Assembly (NCBI GenBank): GCA_038060895.1
Contig: JBBTCT010000005.1
Span: 63,551-127,550, forward strand
Reading direction: 5' to 3'
From: Planctomycetota bacterium
Lineage (GTDB): Bacteria > Planctomycetota > MHYJ01 > WSZJ01
Length of the DNA: 64,000 nt
Shown: positions 1-10,475 of the stretch, piece by piece
Numbering within the stretch: the stretch's first letter is position 1
Layout: each line of letters begins with the position of its first letter
Program-made: the position numbers and the translations under genes
Notes under the pieces: model-generated
Databases searched by the model: none
Seen by the model: only the letters and a program-made list of their open reading frames with translations
Told to the model about the DNA's origin: nothing

Positions 1-789
1 CCCCAATTTCCGCTGCACCAGGTATCCGACGACGCCGGCGGGGAATAGAAGGAGCGCGATCCACTGCGATGTCATCAGGGGCCCGTACTCGCCGCGCGGG
101 TCGTCTCGCCAGAACTCGACCGTGAAGCGGGCGACCGCGTAGAGGGCGACGTACGACCACCAGACCTGGCCCCGGAACTTGCGTCTCGGCAGCAGCCACA
201 GGAGAAAGGCGCCTATGAGAAGCGCGGAGGCGACCTCGTAGAGTTGCGTCGGATGACGCGGAATCGGTGGAAACTCGTGCCGCTCCGGAATCGCAATCCC
301 CCACGCGACCTCGTGCCCGTAACAGCAGCCGTTCATGAAACAGCCCAAACGCCCGATCGCGTAGCCGAACGAAATCGCGGGCGCGATGAAATCGCCGAGC
401 TGCCACGGGTGAATTCGGCGCCGCCAGACCATCCAGAAGCAGACGAGGAAGGCGCCGATGAAACCGCCGTACCAGACGAGGCCTCCTTCCCACACCTTGA
501 GGAACTTCAGCGGGTCCGCCAGAAATTCGCGCCAGACGTTTTCAAACAGAACGTGGAAAACGCGCGCCCCGACCACGGCCCCGATCATCGCGCCGAACCC
601 AAGGTCGTAGATCCATTCCAGGAACGCCTTCTTCTCTTCGTCGGTCGCGCCCGGCTTGAACGGCGGGTCACGCCGGTCGACCGCGATCAGCTTTCTCGTA
701 AGCCAGAACGCCTGCATGAACGCGAGGCAGATGGCCAGGCCGAACGCGTAGATCGGAAGAGGGCCAATATGGAAGAGGACGCTTCGCAT
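1..789 (-). CDS. lgt: Prolipoprotein diacylglyceryl transferase (3' end runs off the window)
   Basis: Manual minus-strand translation from ATG at 789 (MRSVLFHIGPLPIYAFG...) contains the Lgt motifs GGLVWYGGFIG, GRLGCFMNGCCYG and HPTQLYE. Absent from the ORF track because it is truncated. Confidence 0.92.
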   Translation of the reverse strand, partial: MRSVLFHIGPLPIYAFGLAICLAFMQAFWLTRKLIAVDRRDPPFKPGATDEEKKAFLEWIYDLGFGAMIGAVVGARVFHVLFENVWREFLADPLKFLKVWEGGLVWYGGFIGAFLVCFWMVWRRRIHPWQLGDFIAPAISFGYAIGRLGCFMNGCCYGHEVAWGIAIPERHEFPPIPRHPTQLYEVASALLIGAFLLWLLPRRKFRGQVWWSYVALYAVARFTVEFWRDDPRGEYGPLMTSQWIALLLFPAGVVGYLVQRKLG

Positions 790-972
790 CGGGGCCGAAT
801 TGTAGGGAGGCGGCGGCGATCCGACGATGAAGACTTTAGAATCAGGGGCGTCGGCGCGATTTTCCTTCTCCCGCCGCTGCATTTCCCTATCCTCCTCCGC
901 CCATCCCGGCGCGGGGCAGCCCGGACCGTGCTAAGCTTCCCCCCGCTCCGCGATCAACGAAAGGCCCGCGCC

Positions 973-3900
973 ATGTCCGCCCAGCCCATCCGCTCCGTGC
1001 TGTTTGGCAAGCTCGCTGTCAGCACGCGCTTCATCACCGAAGAGCAGCTCCAGGAGTGCCTTGCGTACCAGCGCGAGCTGGAGTCGCAGGGAGAAGCGCC
1101 GCCACGCCTGGGCGAGGTCCTGGAGCGGAAGGGCTATCTCACCAAGAACCAGGTCCAGATCGTGCTCGACTCGATGGCGAAGACGCAGAAGCGGCGCTTC
1201 GGCGAAATCGCGATGTCGTTCCAGTTCGTGTCGGAACGGCAGGTGGCCGAGGGGCTCGAGCTGCAGGCGCTTCTCGAAAAGGCGCCGCCCCCGGAGGAGA
1301 TCACACTTACGGCTCAGGCGCTGGTCGCTTACCGGAGGTTCTTCGCGCAGAAGAAGTCGCACGCGGATCGTCCGAAGCTCGGGGAGGCGCTGACGGCGCT
1401 GGGGCACCTGCGGACGCACCAGGTGGACGCGGTGGTCGAAGAGCAGTCGAAGGTCATCGTGAGCTGCGGCGAATGCCAGGCGAGCCTGAACATCACGAAT
1501 TTTGAACCGGGGCAGAAGCTGCGCTGCGCGCAGTGCGGCTCGGTGCTGACTGTGGAGAAGAACGAGAACGGCGCGATGTTCCTGCAGCTGCCGCCGCGGA
1601 CCGGGATGTTTACGTCGCCGGTCGCTCCGGCGGTGCCGACGCCGATGCCGGCGGAGGGCCAGCCGTCGGCGAGCCTCGAAGCGCCGCTTCGCGCGAGGGC
1701 GCAGGCCCCCGAAGAAGATCTGCCGGCATGGACGGGACTGCCCGTCGCGGACAGCGAAGTGAATGCCCCGGGCGCGCGGGCGCCGGCCGCACCTGCGGCC
1801 CCGCCTGCGGCGGCGGCCGCGGCTTCGGCCACCGATGCGCTCAAGAAGCAGGCGTCCGGCGCCGATTCGCAGGGTCCCCTTCCCTCCCGCCTCGGAGACT
1901 TCAAGCTCCTGCAGCGCCTCGGCGAGGATTCGAGCAGCCGCGTCGCGAAAGCGCTCCAGGTGTCCCGCGATCGCGTCGTGGCGCTTCGGGTGATGCGGCG
2001 CAGCGTGATGCTGGACGACGCGTTCCGCGAGAAGTTCCTCGAAGACGCGCGCAAGGCGGCGAACCTCGACCACCCGAACATCCGGAAAATCTTCAGCGTC
2101 ACGAAGATCGACGAGCGGTACTGCGTCGCGATGGAGTTCCTGGAGGGCGAGAGCGTCTATTCCATCCTTCAGAAAGAGCCGGCGATCCCCTGGCGGGACG
2201 CGGTCCAGATCATGCGTCCGATCCTGCAGGCTCTTTCGGTGGCGCATAAGGCCGGCGTCGTTCACGGCGACGTGCGGCCGTCGAACATCATGATCACTGC
2301 CGACGGGACGGTGAAGCTGGCGAACCTCGGGGTTTCGGCGAAGGCGGACGACAGCGTTCTCAAGGTCAGCGAGAGCGGTCGGGTCGCGCCGTTCTACATC
2401 GCGCCCGAATGCGTCACCGGGGACCGCCCCACGGACCAGCGCATCGACATCTACTCGGTCGGCGCAACCCTCTTCCACATGATCAGCGGGAAGCCGCCCT
2501 TCCAGGGCAAGAGCCCCTTCGAAGTGCTGGTCAAGGTGTCCACCGAGACCATCCCGCCGCTCAAGTTCTTCGATCCCGGGGTGCCCGACTCGCTGAACTC
2601 CATCGTGCATCGCATGCTCGATCCCGAACCGGACACCCGCTACGGGACCTGCGCGCAGGTTCTCGAGGATCTCGAAGCCGCCGTGAGTTCGCGGCCGATT
2701 CCGTCGGCCCCCGCAACGGCGACTCCGCCGCCGCCGAAGGGCCCCCTCGTTCCCGTCCTCGTCGTCGTGGGCATCCTCATCGCCGCCGGCATCGGCTGGC
2801 GCTTCTACCAGGCCACCGAACGCTCCGCCGCCTTCGAGGCCGCCCGCGCCCGCGCGACCAGCGCCCGCCAGTCCCGCGTCGAATTCAACACTGCCCGGGC
2901 GGAACTGAAGCGCTTCACGGACGCCTGGCCCGGCACATCCGAGGCCGAGGAGGCCGAGCGTCTCGTGTCCGAACTGCGGAGCCGGGAAGACGCGCTCGCG
3001 AGCAAGGAACTCGACGACGCCAGGACGGACGTCGCGTCCCTGATTTCGGCGGGCAAGTTCGGAACTGCTGCCACGCGCGTCAACACTCTCGTGTTCTGGA
3101 CGGATCCCTCGCCGAAACTCGATGAACTCCGGAAGCAGATCGAAACGGAAGCGTCGAAGGCCTGGGAAACCGTGGTGGCGGACGCGCTCAAACTGGCTGA
3201 GGACGGCAAGGTCGCCGAAGCCGACGCCATTGTGTCTGCGGCCATCTCGTTGCGCGCGCTTCAGTCCGATGAACGCCGCGCCGCGGAACTGAACAAGCAG
3301 CTGGGCGCCATCAAGGCGAAGATCGAGGAGCAGGCGAAGGCGGACAAGGCCGAGCGCGAGCGCAAGGAAGCGGCCGAGCGGCTGCTGCGAGAGACGGAGG
3401 CGGCGCGGAAGCGATGGGACCGGCTCTCGGGCGACTTCGACCGGGCGCTGGCGAAATGGGACCTGGCGATCGCGGCGAAAGTTGTCGAGACGCCGGAGGC
3501 CCAGCAGGCCGGGACGCAGGCCGATCGCGACCGGCTTGTGCGAATTTCGAAGTGGCTCCACGAGACGAAGCAGGCGGCGATGACGTCGCTGATCACGACT
3601 CACGCATCGTGGGACGGAAAGCCCGAGAACGACCGCCGTCTTCGCGCCCGGATCAACGGCGTGGAGTGCCGGGCGACGAGCGCCGACGAAATGGCCGTCA
3701 CGTTCATGCCGGCCGGGGGAATTGGCCAGGCGGTTCTCTGGATCAACATCGAGCCCGCCGTTGTCGCCGAGGCGCTTCGCCGCGGCGCGGAAGCGACCAA
3801 GAAGCCGGAGCACGAGCTCGCGGCCGCGGCCTGGTGTGCGGCTCGCGCCCCGGGCACGGAACCGGAAGTCGAGCGGGGACTCCTTGAGTCCGCGGAACGC

Positions 3901-4647
3901 CATCTCGCAAGAACCGCGGAGATCAAGGACGACGCGACTCCGCTCGGCTTCCGCCTGGCGCTCTGGGCGGAACGCCTGCAGAGTGAAGGGCTCGAGCGCC
4001 TCCGCGACCTCGTCGCGCAATCGAAGTTCGCTGAGGCCGCGCAGCACGATCGCGCCTTCCGGAACGGGTTCGGCCGGCGCCCCTGGTCGCTCGAGCACGC
4101 GGCCGACCTCGACGGGCTCCAGAAGTCGGCGCTCCTCGCCGGCTCGCCTGCAGAGAGAAGCGATTGGTCCGATTTCAATTCCGGCCCGGACCCCTTCAAG
4201 GTTTCCGAGGGGTGGAAAGCTGCGAATGGCGTCCTTGCCGGCAACGGCAAGGAGGAGACCCTCACGTTCAACGCTTCCGGGATCGAGGAAATCGCGTTTC
4301 TGTTCCGCTTCCCCAAGCCCGATTTCCGTCTCGTGCTCACGGCTGGAGACGCCGACCTGCGGCTCGAGCCGTCCCGCCCGCGCTTTGACCTGCTCGTGAA
4401 GCGCGAGGGCTCCACGCCTCTTCAGAAGGCCCTGAAGGAAAAGGGAGACGAGTTGCGCGCGCGCGATTGGCACCTGCTCCGCGCGCGGTTCGACGGCACC
4501 AACGTCACGGTCTGGCTGGATGGCGAAGAGTCGGGCTCGATGGCGATGGCATCGCGCCCGGACGGATTCACGCTGACGCTGGCGGGGGTGAGCCAGACGC
4601 AGACGGGGGTGGCTGATCTGGACTGCGTGCTCGTGAAGCGGAAGTAA
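973..4647 (+). CDS. Membrane-anchored Ser/Thr kinase-like protein, probable pseudokinase
   Basis: Start reassigned to MSAQPIRS (973). N-terminal 'LGEVL..KGYLT..QV' MshEN-like repeats, CxxC..CxxC finger, kinase fold (HPNI, MEFLEGE, YIAPE, DIYSVG), TM segment LVPVLVVVGILIAAGIGW, long helical C-terminal region. Confidence 0.8.
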   Translation: MSAQPIRSVLFGKLAVSTRFITEEQLQECLAYQRELESQGEAPPRLGEVLERKGYLTKNQVQIVLDSMAKTQKRRFGEIAMSFQFVSERQVAEGLELQALLEKAPPPEEITLTAQALVAYRRFFAQKKSHADRPKLGEALTALGHLRTHQVDAVVEEQSKVIVSCGECQASLNITNFEPGQKLRCAQCGSVLTVEKNENGAMFLQLPPRTGMFTSPVAPAVPTPMPAEGQPSASLEAPLRARAQAPEEDLPAWTGLPVADSEVNAPGARAPAAPAAPPAAAAAASATDALKKQASGADSQGPLPSRLGDFKLLQRLGEDSSSRVAKALQVSRDRVVALRVMRRSVMLDDAFREKFLEDARKAANLDHPNIRKIFSVTKIDERYCVAMEFLEGESVYSILQKEPAIPWRDAVQIMRPILQALSVAHKAGVVHGDVRPSNIMITADGTVKLANLGVSAKADDSVLKVSESGRVAPFYIAPECVTGDRPTDQRIDIYSVGATLFHMISGKPPFQGKSPFEVLVKVSTETIPPLKFFDPGVPDSLNSIVHRMLDPEPDTRYGTCAQVLEDLEAAVSSRPIPSAPATATPPPPKGPLVPVLVVVGILIAAGIGWRFYQATERSAAFEAARARATSARQSRVEFNTARAELKRFTDAWPGTSEAEEAERLVSELRSREDALASKELDDARTDVASLISAGKFGTAATRVNTLVFWTDPSPKLDELRKQIETEASKAWETVVADALKLAEDGKVAEADAIVSAAISLRALQSDERRAAELNKQLGAIKAKIEEQAKADKAERERKEAAERLLRETEAARKRWDRLSGDFDRALAKWDLAIAAKVVETPEAQQAGTQADRDRLVRISKWLHETKQAAMTSLITTHASWDGKPENDRRLRARINGVECRATSADEMAVTFMPAGGIGQAVLWINIEPAVVAEALRRGAEATKKPEHELAAAAWCAARAPGTEPEVERGLLESAERHLARTAEIKDDATPLGFRLALWAERLQSEGLERLRDLVAQSKFAEAAQHDRAFRNGFGRRPWSLEHAADLDGLQKSALLAGSPAERSDWSDFNSGPDPFKVSEGWKAANGVLAGNGKEETLTFNASGIEEIAFLFRFPKPDFRLVLTAGDADLRLEPSRPRFDLLVKREGSTPLQKALKEKGDELRARDWHLLRARFDGTNVTVWLDGEESGSMAMASRPDGFTLTLAGVSQTQTGVADLDCVLVKRK

Positions 4648-4707
4648 GGCGCGGGCAGCCGCTTCCGGTCTGGTGGTCCGGCGGTTCGGGGACTAAACTG
4701 GTCCCAA

Positions 4708-6462
4708 ATGCGCGTCTACCTCGTGGAATCCGCCGGTTTCTGCTGGGGCGTGAAGGAAGCCCTGGATCGCGCGCTCGAGATCGCCAAGAGCGACGGGCCG
4801 GTCTATTCATACGGGCCGCTGGTGCACAACAAGCAGGTGATGGCGGAGATGGAGAAAGAGCGCGTGTTCGGCGTCGAGGCCGATGACGCGGGAATCGGGG
4901 CGGCCGGAACGGCGACGATCGTGGTGCGCGCGCACGGCGTGCGCCCGGAAGTGATCCAGTCGCTCGAGCAGCGCGCGAGGGACACGGGCGCGAAATTTCA
5001 CGACCTCACCTGCCCTCTCGTCCGCATGGTGCACAACGTCATCGGCGGGAACGCGAAGCGCGGCTGGGACACGGTCATCGTCGGCGACGCGGACCACGCG
5101 GAAGTGATCGGGCTCGTGGGGTACGGCACGCCGGGGCGGACGCACGTCGTGGCGAACGCGAAGGAGGCCGAGAAGCTGCCCGCATTTGAGCGCGTCTGCG
5201 TCGTGAGCCAGACGACGCAGGACCGCGAGAATTTCGAGACGACTGCGGAAGAAGTGAAGAAAAAGGCGCGCACCTACCGCCAGGTCAACACCATCTGCCG
5301 CCCGACGCAGGAACGCCAGGAGGAAACGGAAAAGCTCGCGCACGAGGTCAAGCTCGTCGTCGTCGTGGGCGGCAAGCACAGCGCGAACACCGTGCGCCTC
5401 GTGGACCTGCTCAAGCAGTGGGGCTGCGCGGCGCTTCACGTCGAGACGGAGACGGAACTTCGCGAAGAGGATTTCAAGGGCCACGACACGGTCGGGGTTA
5501 CGGCAGGTCTTTCCACGCCGCAGTGGATGATCGACCGCGTCGTCGAGCGCCTCGAGAACATCGGCGGCCGCGCCCGCACGACGCTCGGCGACGTCGCTCG
5601 CGGCGCCGGATCCTTCCTCGTAAACACAAACCTCTACGTCGCGGCAGGAGCCGCCGGCCTCGCCGCCGCGGCGTGCACGCTGCAGAACATCCCCATCCAG
5701 TGGCCCTTCCTCGCCGTCCCGGCGCTGTTCGTGCAGTCCATGCACACGCTCAACCGCTTCATCGACCGCACCCGCCTCGATTTCTCCGACCGCGTCGCCA
5801 CGATCCTCTACAAGCGCCGCCCAGTCCCTCTCCTCGTCCTCGGCGCCGCCGCAGGCCTCGCTTCCGTCGGCATCGCCGCCCTCGCCGGCTGGCTGCCGTT
5901 CGCCCTGGCCTGCCTCGGCCTCGTCTGCGGCGGCGTGTACGGGTTCCGGGTTCTTCCGGAAGCGATCACGTTCCGCCTCGGGATCCGGCGCCTGAAGGAC
6001 ATCCCGGCATCCCGCGACCTTTCGACCGCGATCGGGTGGACGATGATGACGACCGTGTTCCCCTTCCTCTCCCTCGGGAAACTCCCCGGCGCGACGAACT
6101 TCCTCGTCTTCCTCGCAGTGTTCTGCATGGTTTTCCTCCGCACCACCGCTCTCGGCATTCGCGACGTCGCCGGCGACAAGATCGTCGGCCAGGAGACCGT
6201 CTTCAAGGCACTCGGCCGCGCCGCCGCGCGCAACCTCGCCATCTTCATCGGCTTCGCCCTCGCAGCATCGCTCGGCGCCCTGGCTTTCCCGCTTCACGTG
6301 CCGTCCGCCCTCTGGCTCATGCCCGTCGTCGCCTACGTCGCGCTCTACGCGGTCGCGTTTTTCCGCTGGGGCGCGCCGAAAGGATTCCTCGCGGAGATGG
6401 TGACGGACGGCCAGAACCTGCTCGTCGGGGCGATCGTCGCATTGATGCTGTGGCGGGGTTGA
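4708..6462 (+). CDS. ispH: 4-hydroxy-3-methylbut-2-enyl diphosphate reductase fused to a C-terminal UbiA-like multi-TM domain
   Basis: IspH motifs AGFCWGV, VHN, RAHG, DLTCP, SQTT, NTIC, SANT, TAGLSTP. The C-terminal ~290 aa are hydrophobic with 'IRDVAGDKIVG'. Confidence 0.88.
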   Translation: MRVYLVESAGFCWGVKEALDRALEIAKSDGPVYSYGPLVHNKQVMAEMEKERVFGVEADDAGIGAAGTATIVVRAHGVRPEVIQSLEQRARDTGAKFHDLTCPLVRMVHNVIGGNAKRGWDTVIVGDADHAEVIGLVGYGTPGRTHVVANAKEAEKLPAFERVCVVSQTTQDRENFETTAEEVKKKARTYRQVNTICRPTQERQEETEKLAHEVKLVVVVGGKHSANTVRLVDLLKQWGCAALHVETETELREEDFKGHDTVGVTAGLSTPQWMIDRVVERLENIGGRARTTLGDVARGAGSFLVNTNLYVAAGAAGLAAAACTLQNIPIQWPFLAVPALFVQSMHTLNRFIDRTRLDFSDRVATILYKRRPVPLLVLGAAAGLASVGIAALAGWLPFALACLGLVCGGVYGFRVLPEAITFRLGIRRLKDIPASRDLSTAIGWTMMTTVFPFLSLGKLPGATNFLVFLAVFCMVFLRTTALGIRDVAGDKIVGQETVFKALGRAAARNLAIFIGFALAASLGALAFPLHVPSALWLMPVVAYVALYAVAFFRWGAPKGFLAEMVTDGQNLLVGAIVALMLWRG

Positions 6463-6464
6463 CC

Positions 6465-7424
6465 ATGCCGGATCCTCAGTTCGCCCCCGTGGGGCGAGGG
6501 CACCTGTCGCCGCTCCCGCGGAAAAAAGGCTTCGGCTATTACGTTTCCCTCTTCGCCGCGGCCCTCGGCGTGTGCGTCGTTGCGGGCCTGTGGACCACGC
6601 TTCGGGGCGCGACCGGCCCCTCGCGCGACCGCCGCCGCGCGGGCGAACTCAACGACCAGGCCGTGGCCGAATTGAAGGGCGGAGACGTCAAACGCGCCCT
6701 CCATTCCCTGAACGAGGCCGCCCGACTCGACCCGAAAAACCCGCGGGTGCTCGCCAATCGCGCGTTCGCGAGGACAAAGGCCGGGGACATCGACGGCGCG
6801 CTGGCGGATTGCGAAGCGGCGCTTCGGCTGAATCCGAGCGAAGCGCTCGCGTTCGGGAATCGCGGGGTCGCGCGCGCCGCGCGGCACGAGTGGCCCGCGG
6901 CCAAGGCGGACCTCGACCGCGCGATCGCGCTGGACGCCAGCAACGCATGGGCCTGGGCCAACCGCGGCGCCGTCCGCCTCGTGACCGGCGACCTGGACGG
7001 CGCCCTGGCGGACTTCAATGAGGCGCTTCGCCGCGACGACGGAATCAGCGAGGCGTACGCGGGGAGAGCGATGGTGCGCGTGCAGAAGGGCGAATTCGAA
7101 CCCGCGCTCAAGGATGCGGAGGACGCCCTGCGACGGAACGCAAAAAGCGCCGACGCTCTCGGCGCGCGCGCGCTGGCCCATCTCGCGCTGGGGAATCCGA
7201 AGGAAGCGGAGGCCGACGTGACGGCCGCGATCGAGATCGACGACCAGCAGGGCATGTACCACCTGCTGCGCGCCCGCGTCCGCGTGTTCGCCGGCGACCT
7301 TCAGGGCGCGAACGAAGACATCGCCGCGGCCCGCAAGGCCGCGGGCGAGGGTACGCCCGGGCGGAAAGTCGTCGAGGAGGTCGCGAAGGAACTCCTGGGA
7401 ACCCAGGAGCCCGCCGAGAAGTAG
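6465..7424 (+). CDS. Single-TM TPR repeat protein
   Basis: ATG 2 nt after the ispH stop; TM helix followed by canonical TPRs (A..NRG..R...GDLDGALADF..AL). Confidence 0.85.
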   Translation: MPDPQFAPVGRGHLSPLPRKKGFGYYVSLFAAALGVCVVAGLWTTLRGATGPSRDRRRAGELNDQAVAELKGGDVKRALHSLNEAARLDPKNPRVLANRAFARTKAGDIDGALADCEAALRLNPSEALAFGNRGVARAARHEWPAAKADLDRAIALDASNAWAWANRGAVRLVTGDLDGALADFNEALRRDDGISEAYAGRAMVRVQKGEFEPALKDAEDALRRNAKSADALGARALAHLALGNPKEAEADVTAAIEIDDQQGMYHLLRARVRVFAGDLQGANEDIAAARKAAGEGTPGRKVVEEVAKELLGTQEPAEK

Positions 7425-7435
7425 CGAAGTCCGGC

Positions 7436-8962
7436 CTACCCGCCCATCACCCGCTTCAGCACCACCCGCAGCACGTCCACCGTGAACGGCTTCTTCACGA
7501 ACGCGTCCACGGCGCCGCCGTCGAAGTCGCGGACGGCGTCCTGTTCGTTGAAGCCGCTGATGAGAATCACTTTCGCGGCGGGGTTGAGCCGGCGCAGTTC
7601 GGGAAGCGCTTTGGAACCGCTCATGCGGGGCATCGTCAGGTCGAGCAGCACCGCCGAAACGGAACCCCCCATTTCGCGCATCCGTTCGATCGCTTCAAGG
7701 CCATCCCCCGCCGTGGCGGTCTTGAAGCCGAGGATCTGAAGGGCGTTCTGGGCAAACTCGCGGACCTTGGGCTCGTCGTCGACGACGAGGACGGTGCCGG
7801 CGCCACGCCAGGGGTCCTCGATGCGGGCGGATTCACCGCGGACGCGCGGGGCGAGCGAGGAACCGGCCGGGAACGCGACGGTAAAGGTGGTGCCCTTGCC
7901 CGGCTCCGAGTCGACGCGGATGGCGCCCTTGTGGCCGCGGACGATCCCGAGGACCGCCGAGAGGCCGAGGCCTCTTCCCGTCGATTTCGTCGTGAAGAAC
8001 GGGTCGAAGATTCGGGCCTTCGTGGCGGCGTCCATGCCGCATCCGGAGTCGCCGATCGAGAGAAAAACAAAGTCGCCTTCCGGGAGGTCTGCGGCGTGGG
8101 CGCAGCCGGCGAGCCAGTCACGGTCGGCGCGGGCGAGACGGGTGCCGACGGTGATCGTGCCGGGTTTGCCGCCGATCGCCTGGGCGGCGTTGATCACGAG
8201 GTTCATGACGACCTGTCGCAGCTGAGTCAGGTCCGCTTCGACCTTCGGCAGCATCGCGGCGAGGTCGTACTTGAGGGTGACGTCCTTCGACATCGACACG
8301 CGGAGCAGTTCGGCCATTTCCTGCGCGAGCCCGTTGAGATCGACGCGCTGCAGCACGAACATCCCGCGGCCCGAGTACGCCAGCATCTGGCCGGCGAGGT
8401 CCGCCGCCCTCTCGGCGGCCGTCTCGATGTCGTCGCACATGTCCCACTCGCGCGATCCGTGGGGGACGAGCGCCTTCAGCGTCGAAGCGTTTCCCATCAC
8501 GACCGTCAGCAGGTTGTTGAAGTCGTGCGCGATGCCGCCCGCCAGCAGCCCGAGGCTCTCCAGCACTTGCCCGTCCCGCAACTTCTTCTCCAGCGCCCGC
8601 CGGTCCGACATGTCACGAAGGATGGCAGACGCGCCGGTCGGCTGCCCGCCGTGGGTCACGGGCGAGAGCGTGAGCGAGACGTCAAGCTCCCCTCCCCCGG
8701 GCTTGCGGAGAGCGAGTTCCCGGCGCACGCGCTCCCCGCGCCGCACGGATTCGAGCAACGCCGCAGGCTCGGCCGCCCGCGCCGCGGGCCAGAGCCACGA
8801 CAGCGGCCGGCCGACCGCCTCGAGACGCGGCTTTCCGAACAGCCGCTCCGCCGCCGGGTTCCAGGAAACGATCGTCCCGTCGAGAGCCATGCCGACGATC
8901 GCGTCGTCGGAGGAGTCGACGATCATGGAAGACAGGTGGGCCAGGAGGCGGGAGTCGGACAT
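7436..8962 (-). CDS. PAS-domain hybrid sensor histidine kinase/receiver
   Basis: PAS (SSDDAIVG..WNPAAE), H-box AHDFNNLL, G2 FFTTK..GRGLGL, receiver VLVVDDE..DLTMP. Confidence 0.93.
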   Translation of the reverse strand: MSDSRLLAHLSSMIVDSSDDAIVGMALDGTIVSWNPAAERLFGKPRLEAVGRPLSWLWPAARAAEPAALLESVRRGERVRRELALRKPGGGELDVSLTLSPVTHGGQPTGASAILRDMSDRRALEKKLRDGQVLESLGLLAGGIAHDFNNLLTVVMGNASTLKALVPHGSREWDMCDDIETAAERAADLAGQMLAYSGRGMFVLQRVDLNGLAQEMAELLRVSMSKDVTLKYDLAAMLPKVEADLTQLRQVVMNLVINAAQAIGGKPGTITVGTRLARADRDWLAGCAHAADLPEGDFVFLSIGDSGCGMDAATKARIFDPFFTTKSTGRGLGLSAVLGIVRGHKGAIRVDSEPGKGTTFTVAFPAGSSLAPRVRGESARIEDPWRGAGTVLVVDDEPKVREFAQNALQILGFKTATAGDGLEAIERMREMGGSVSAVLLDLTMPRMSGSKALPELRRLNPAAKVILISGFNEQDAVRDFDGGAVDAFVKKPFTVDVLRVVLKRVMGG

Positions 8963-9044
8963 CTACGCGTGAATGATCAATTTTCCAATTTCAATACTCA
9001 ATGATCAATTGACGGCAGGTCAACGGCTGCAGCCGGAACAGCCG

Positions 9045-10475
9045 TTACTTCAGGTTCTTGAAATAGTCCTGGTACTCGCGGTCCAGCGCGTCCAGGTCGC
9101 CGAAACACCGCTCCGCCGCCTCCCGGCCGCCCTCCCCCTGCACTTCCAGGGTGAAGTACCCGAAGAATGCCTGCCTGTATCTCTTGTCCTCGTGTTTCAG
9201 CAGGAAATAGACGAGGGCCCAGGACTGCGCCGCTGTGTCCTGAATATAAGTTCGTTTCCTGGGATCGGCCCGTTCGCGCGCGTACTGCAGGAAGGACACG
9301 TCCATGAAGTCCCGGAGCTTTTTCTGCTTGCCGCTCGAAATCATCCTTCTCACGTACGGCATGTACTCCGCGGATCTCTCTCCAAGCACAAAGCCGCCCT
9401 TCACGTCGCGCTTGAAGCATTCGAAGTACGCCGAAAGTCCCTCGGAAAACCAGGCCATCTCGGAGTCGATCAGTTTTCTGCGGTCATCCAGCCGCGATCC
9501 CGAAATCGCGTGGACGACGGCGTGGGTGCACAGGTGAAAAAGTGTCTCATACAGCTGGATCGTGTCCTTGTAGAGGTGAATTTCGCCCGTCCGGTTGTCG
9601 AAGTGGCCCCCGGCCCATGGCGTCGGGTTCGAAATTGAGTGATACCTCTCGCTGGACTCAAAAATGTAGACGAGGGTCGCGTCGTCCGCGGCATGTGCGG
9701 AGGCATCGAACAGCGAGCCGTATTCACCGCAGAAGATCCCGTAAAACGTGTTCACCACGTCCTTGAAGTCCCGCAACATCAGTTCTGCGCTGTACGCGTC
9801 GGACTTCTCCATGCAGAGGAGAAACGGCGAATTCGGGGAACAGTCGAGCCAGACGCGGGAATCTTCGGGCCGATTGCCCAGGATCGAACACTCCCAGGTC
9901 AACACCGCTACTTTTCGTTCCCGCGCCGAGAGGGCAGACTCTTCAAGCCGTTTTGACTTCAGCCAGTCCGCCCAGGGTAGCCGGCCCGTGGCCCTGGCTT
10001 CAGCATCCCTCTCCTTTTCGACGACTTCGCGCGCAACCGCGTCATCCGGCCGGAGCTTCAGGATCTCCTGAGCGAGCGCAAGCGCTTCCTCGTGAAGCGC
10101 CGCCTTTTCCAGCCAGCGGACCACGAGCTGGAGGTTCTCCGGGTCCACGCCGGCAGCAGGAAGTTTGGTGTCGCGATAGATCACGCGCAGCCTGGCACGG
10201 GCTCGTGAGTGGTTTCGGTCGAGTTTCACGGTTTTGACGTAGTACTGCTCCGCCGCTTCCAGGTCGCCCAGCTTCTCGCAGATTTCGGCGTACTCGAAGG
10301 CCGCGGACGGGCTGTCGTCCGCGTATCGCCGGAGTCTTTCCCTGAGCGCGGCGGTGTCGTCCAGGGGCGCGGGCGCCTGCGGAGGAGGGCGATCGGGAAC
10401 GAAAAGCACGATCCCGACGATCACAAGCCCGGGAAGGGCGAGACAGAGAATCAGTGTCCGAAGGCGGCGATTCAT
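9045..10475 (-). CDS. Membrane-anchored DUF1570-like protein with degenerate HExxH (HLCTH)
   Basis: Close paralog of 12630..14606 (YADDSPSAA.E, YSAELML.DF, NPTPWAGGHF, WF.EG, AQSW). Start set at MNRRLRTL. Confidence 0.75.
   Translation of the reverse strand: MNRRLRTLILCLALPGLVIVGIVLFVPDRPPPQAPAPLDDTAALRERLRRYADDSPSAAFEYAEICEKLGDLEAAEQYYVKTVKLDRNHSRARARLRVIYRDTKLPAAGVDPENLQLVVRWLEKAALHEEALALAQEILKLRPDDAVAREVVEKERDAEARATGRLPWADWLKSKRLEESALSARERKVAVLTWECSILGNRPEDSRVWLDCSPNSPFLLCMEKSDAYSAELMLRDFKDVVNTFYGIFCGEYGSLFDASAHAADDATLVYIFESSERYHSISNPTPWAGGHFDNRTGEIHLYKDTIQLYETLFHLCTHAVVHAISGSRLDDRRKLIDSEMAWFSEGLSAYFECFKRDVKGGFVLGERSAEYMPYVRRMISSGKQKKLRDFMDVSFLQYARERADPRKRTYIQDTAAQSWALVYFLLKHEDKRYRQAFFGYFTLEVQGEGGREAAERCFGDLDALDREYQDYFKNLK

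Noticed and set aside
244-972. N-terminal 243-aa extension of the 1467-aa ORF
   Set aside because: It is largely the antisense frame of lgt; kinase-like sequence starts at ATG 973.
931-4473. 1180-aa minus-strand ORF and similar long shadow ORFs (e.g. 17494..19260, 26919..28658, 41202..43241, 57326..59683)
   Set aside because: Antisense to well-supported genes, without motifs; expected in high-GC DNA.
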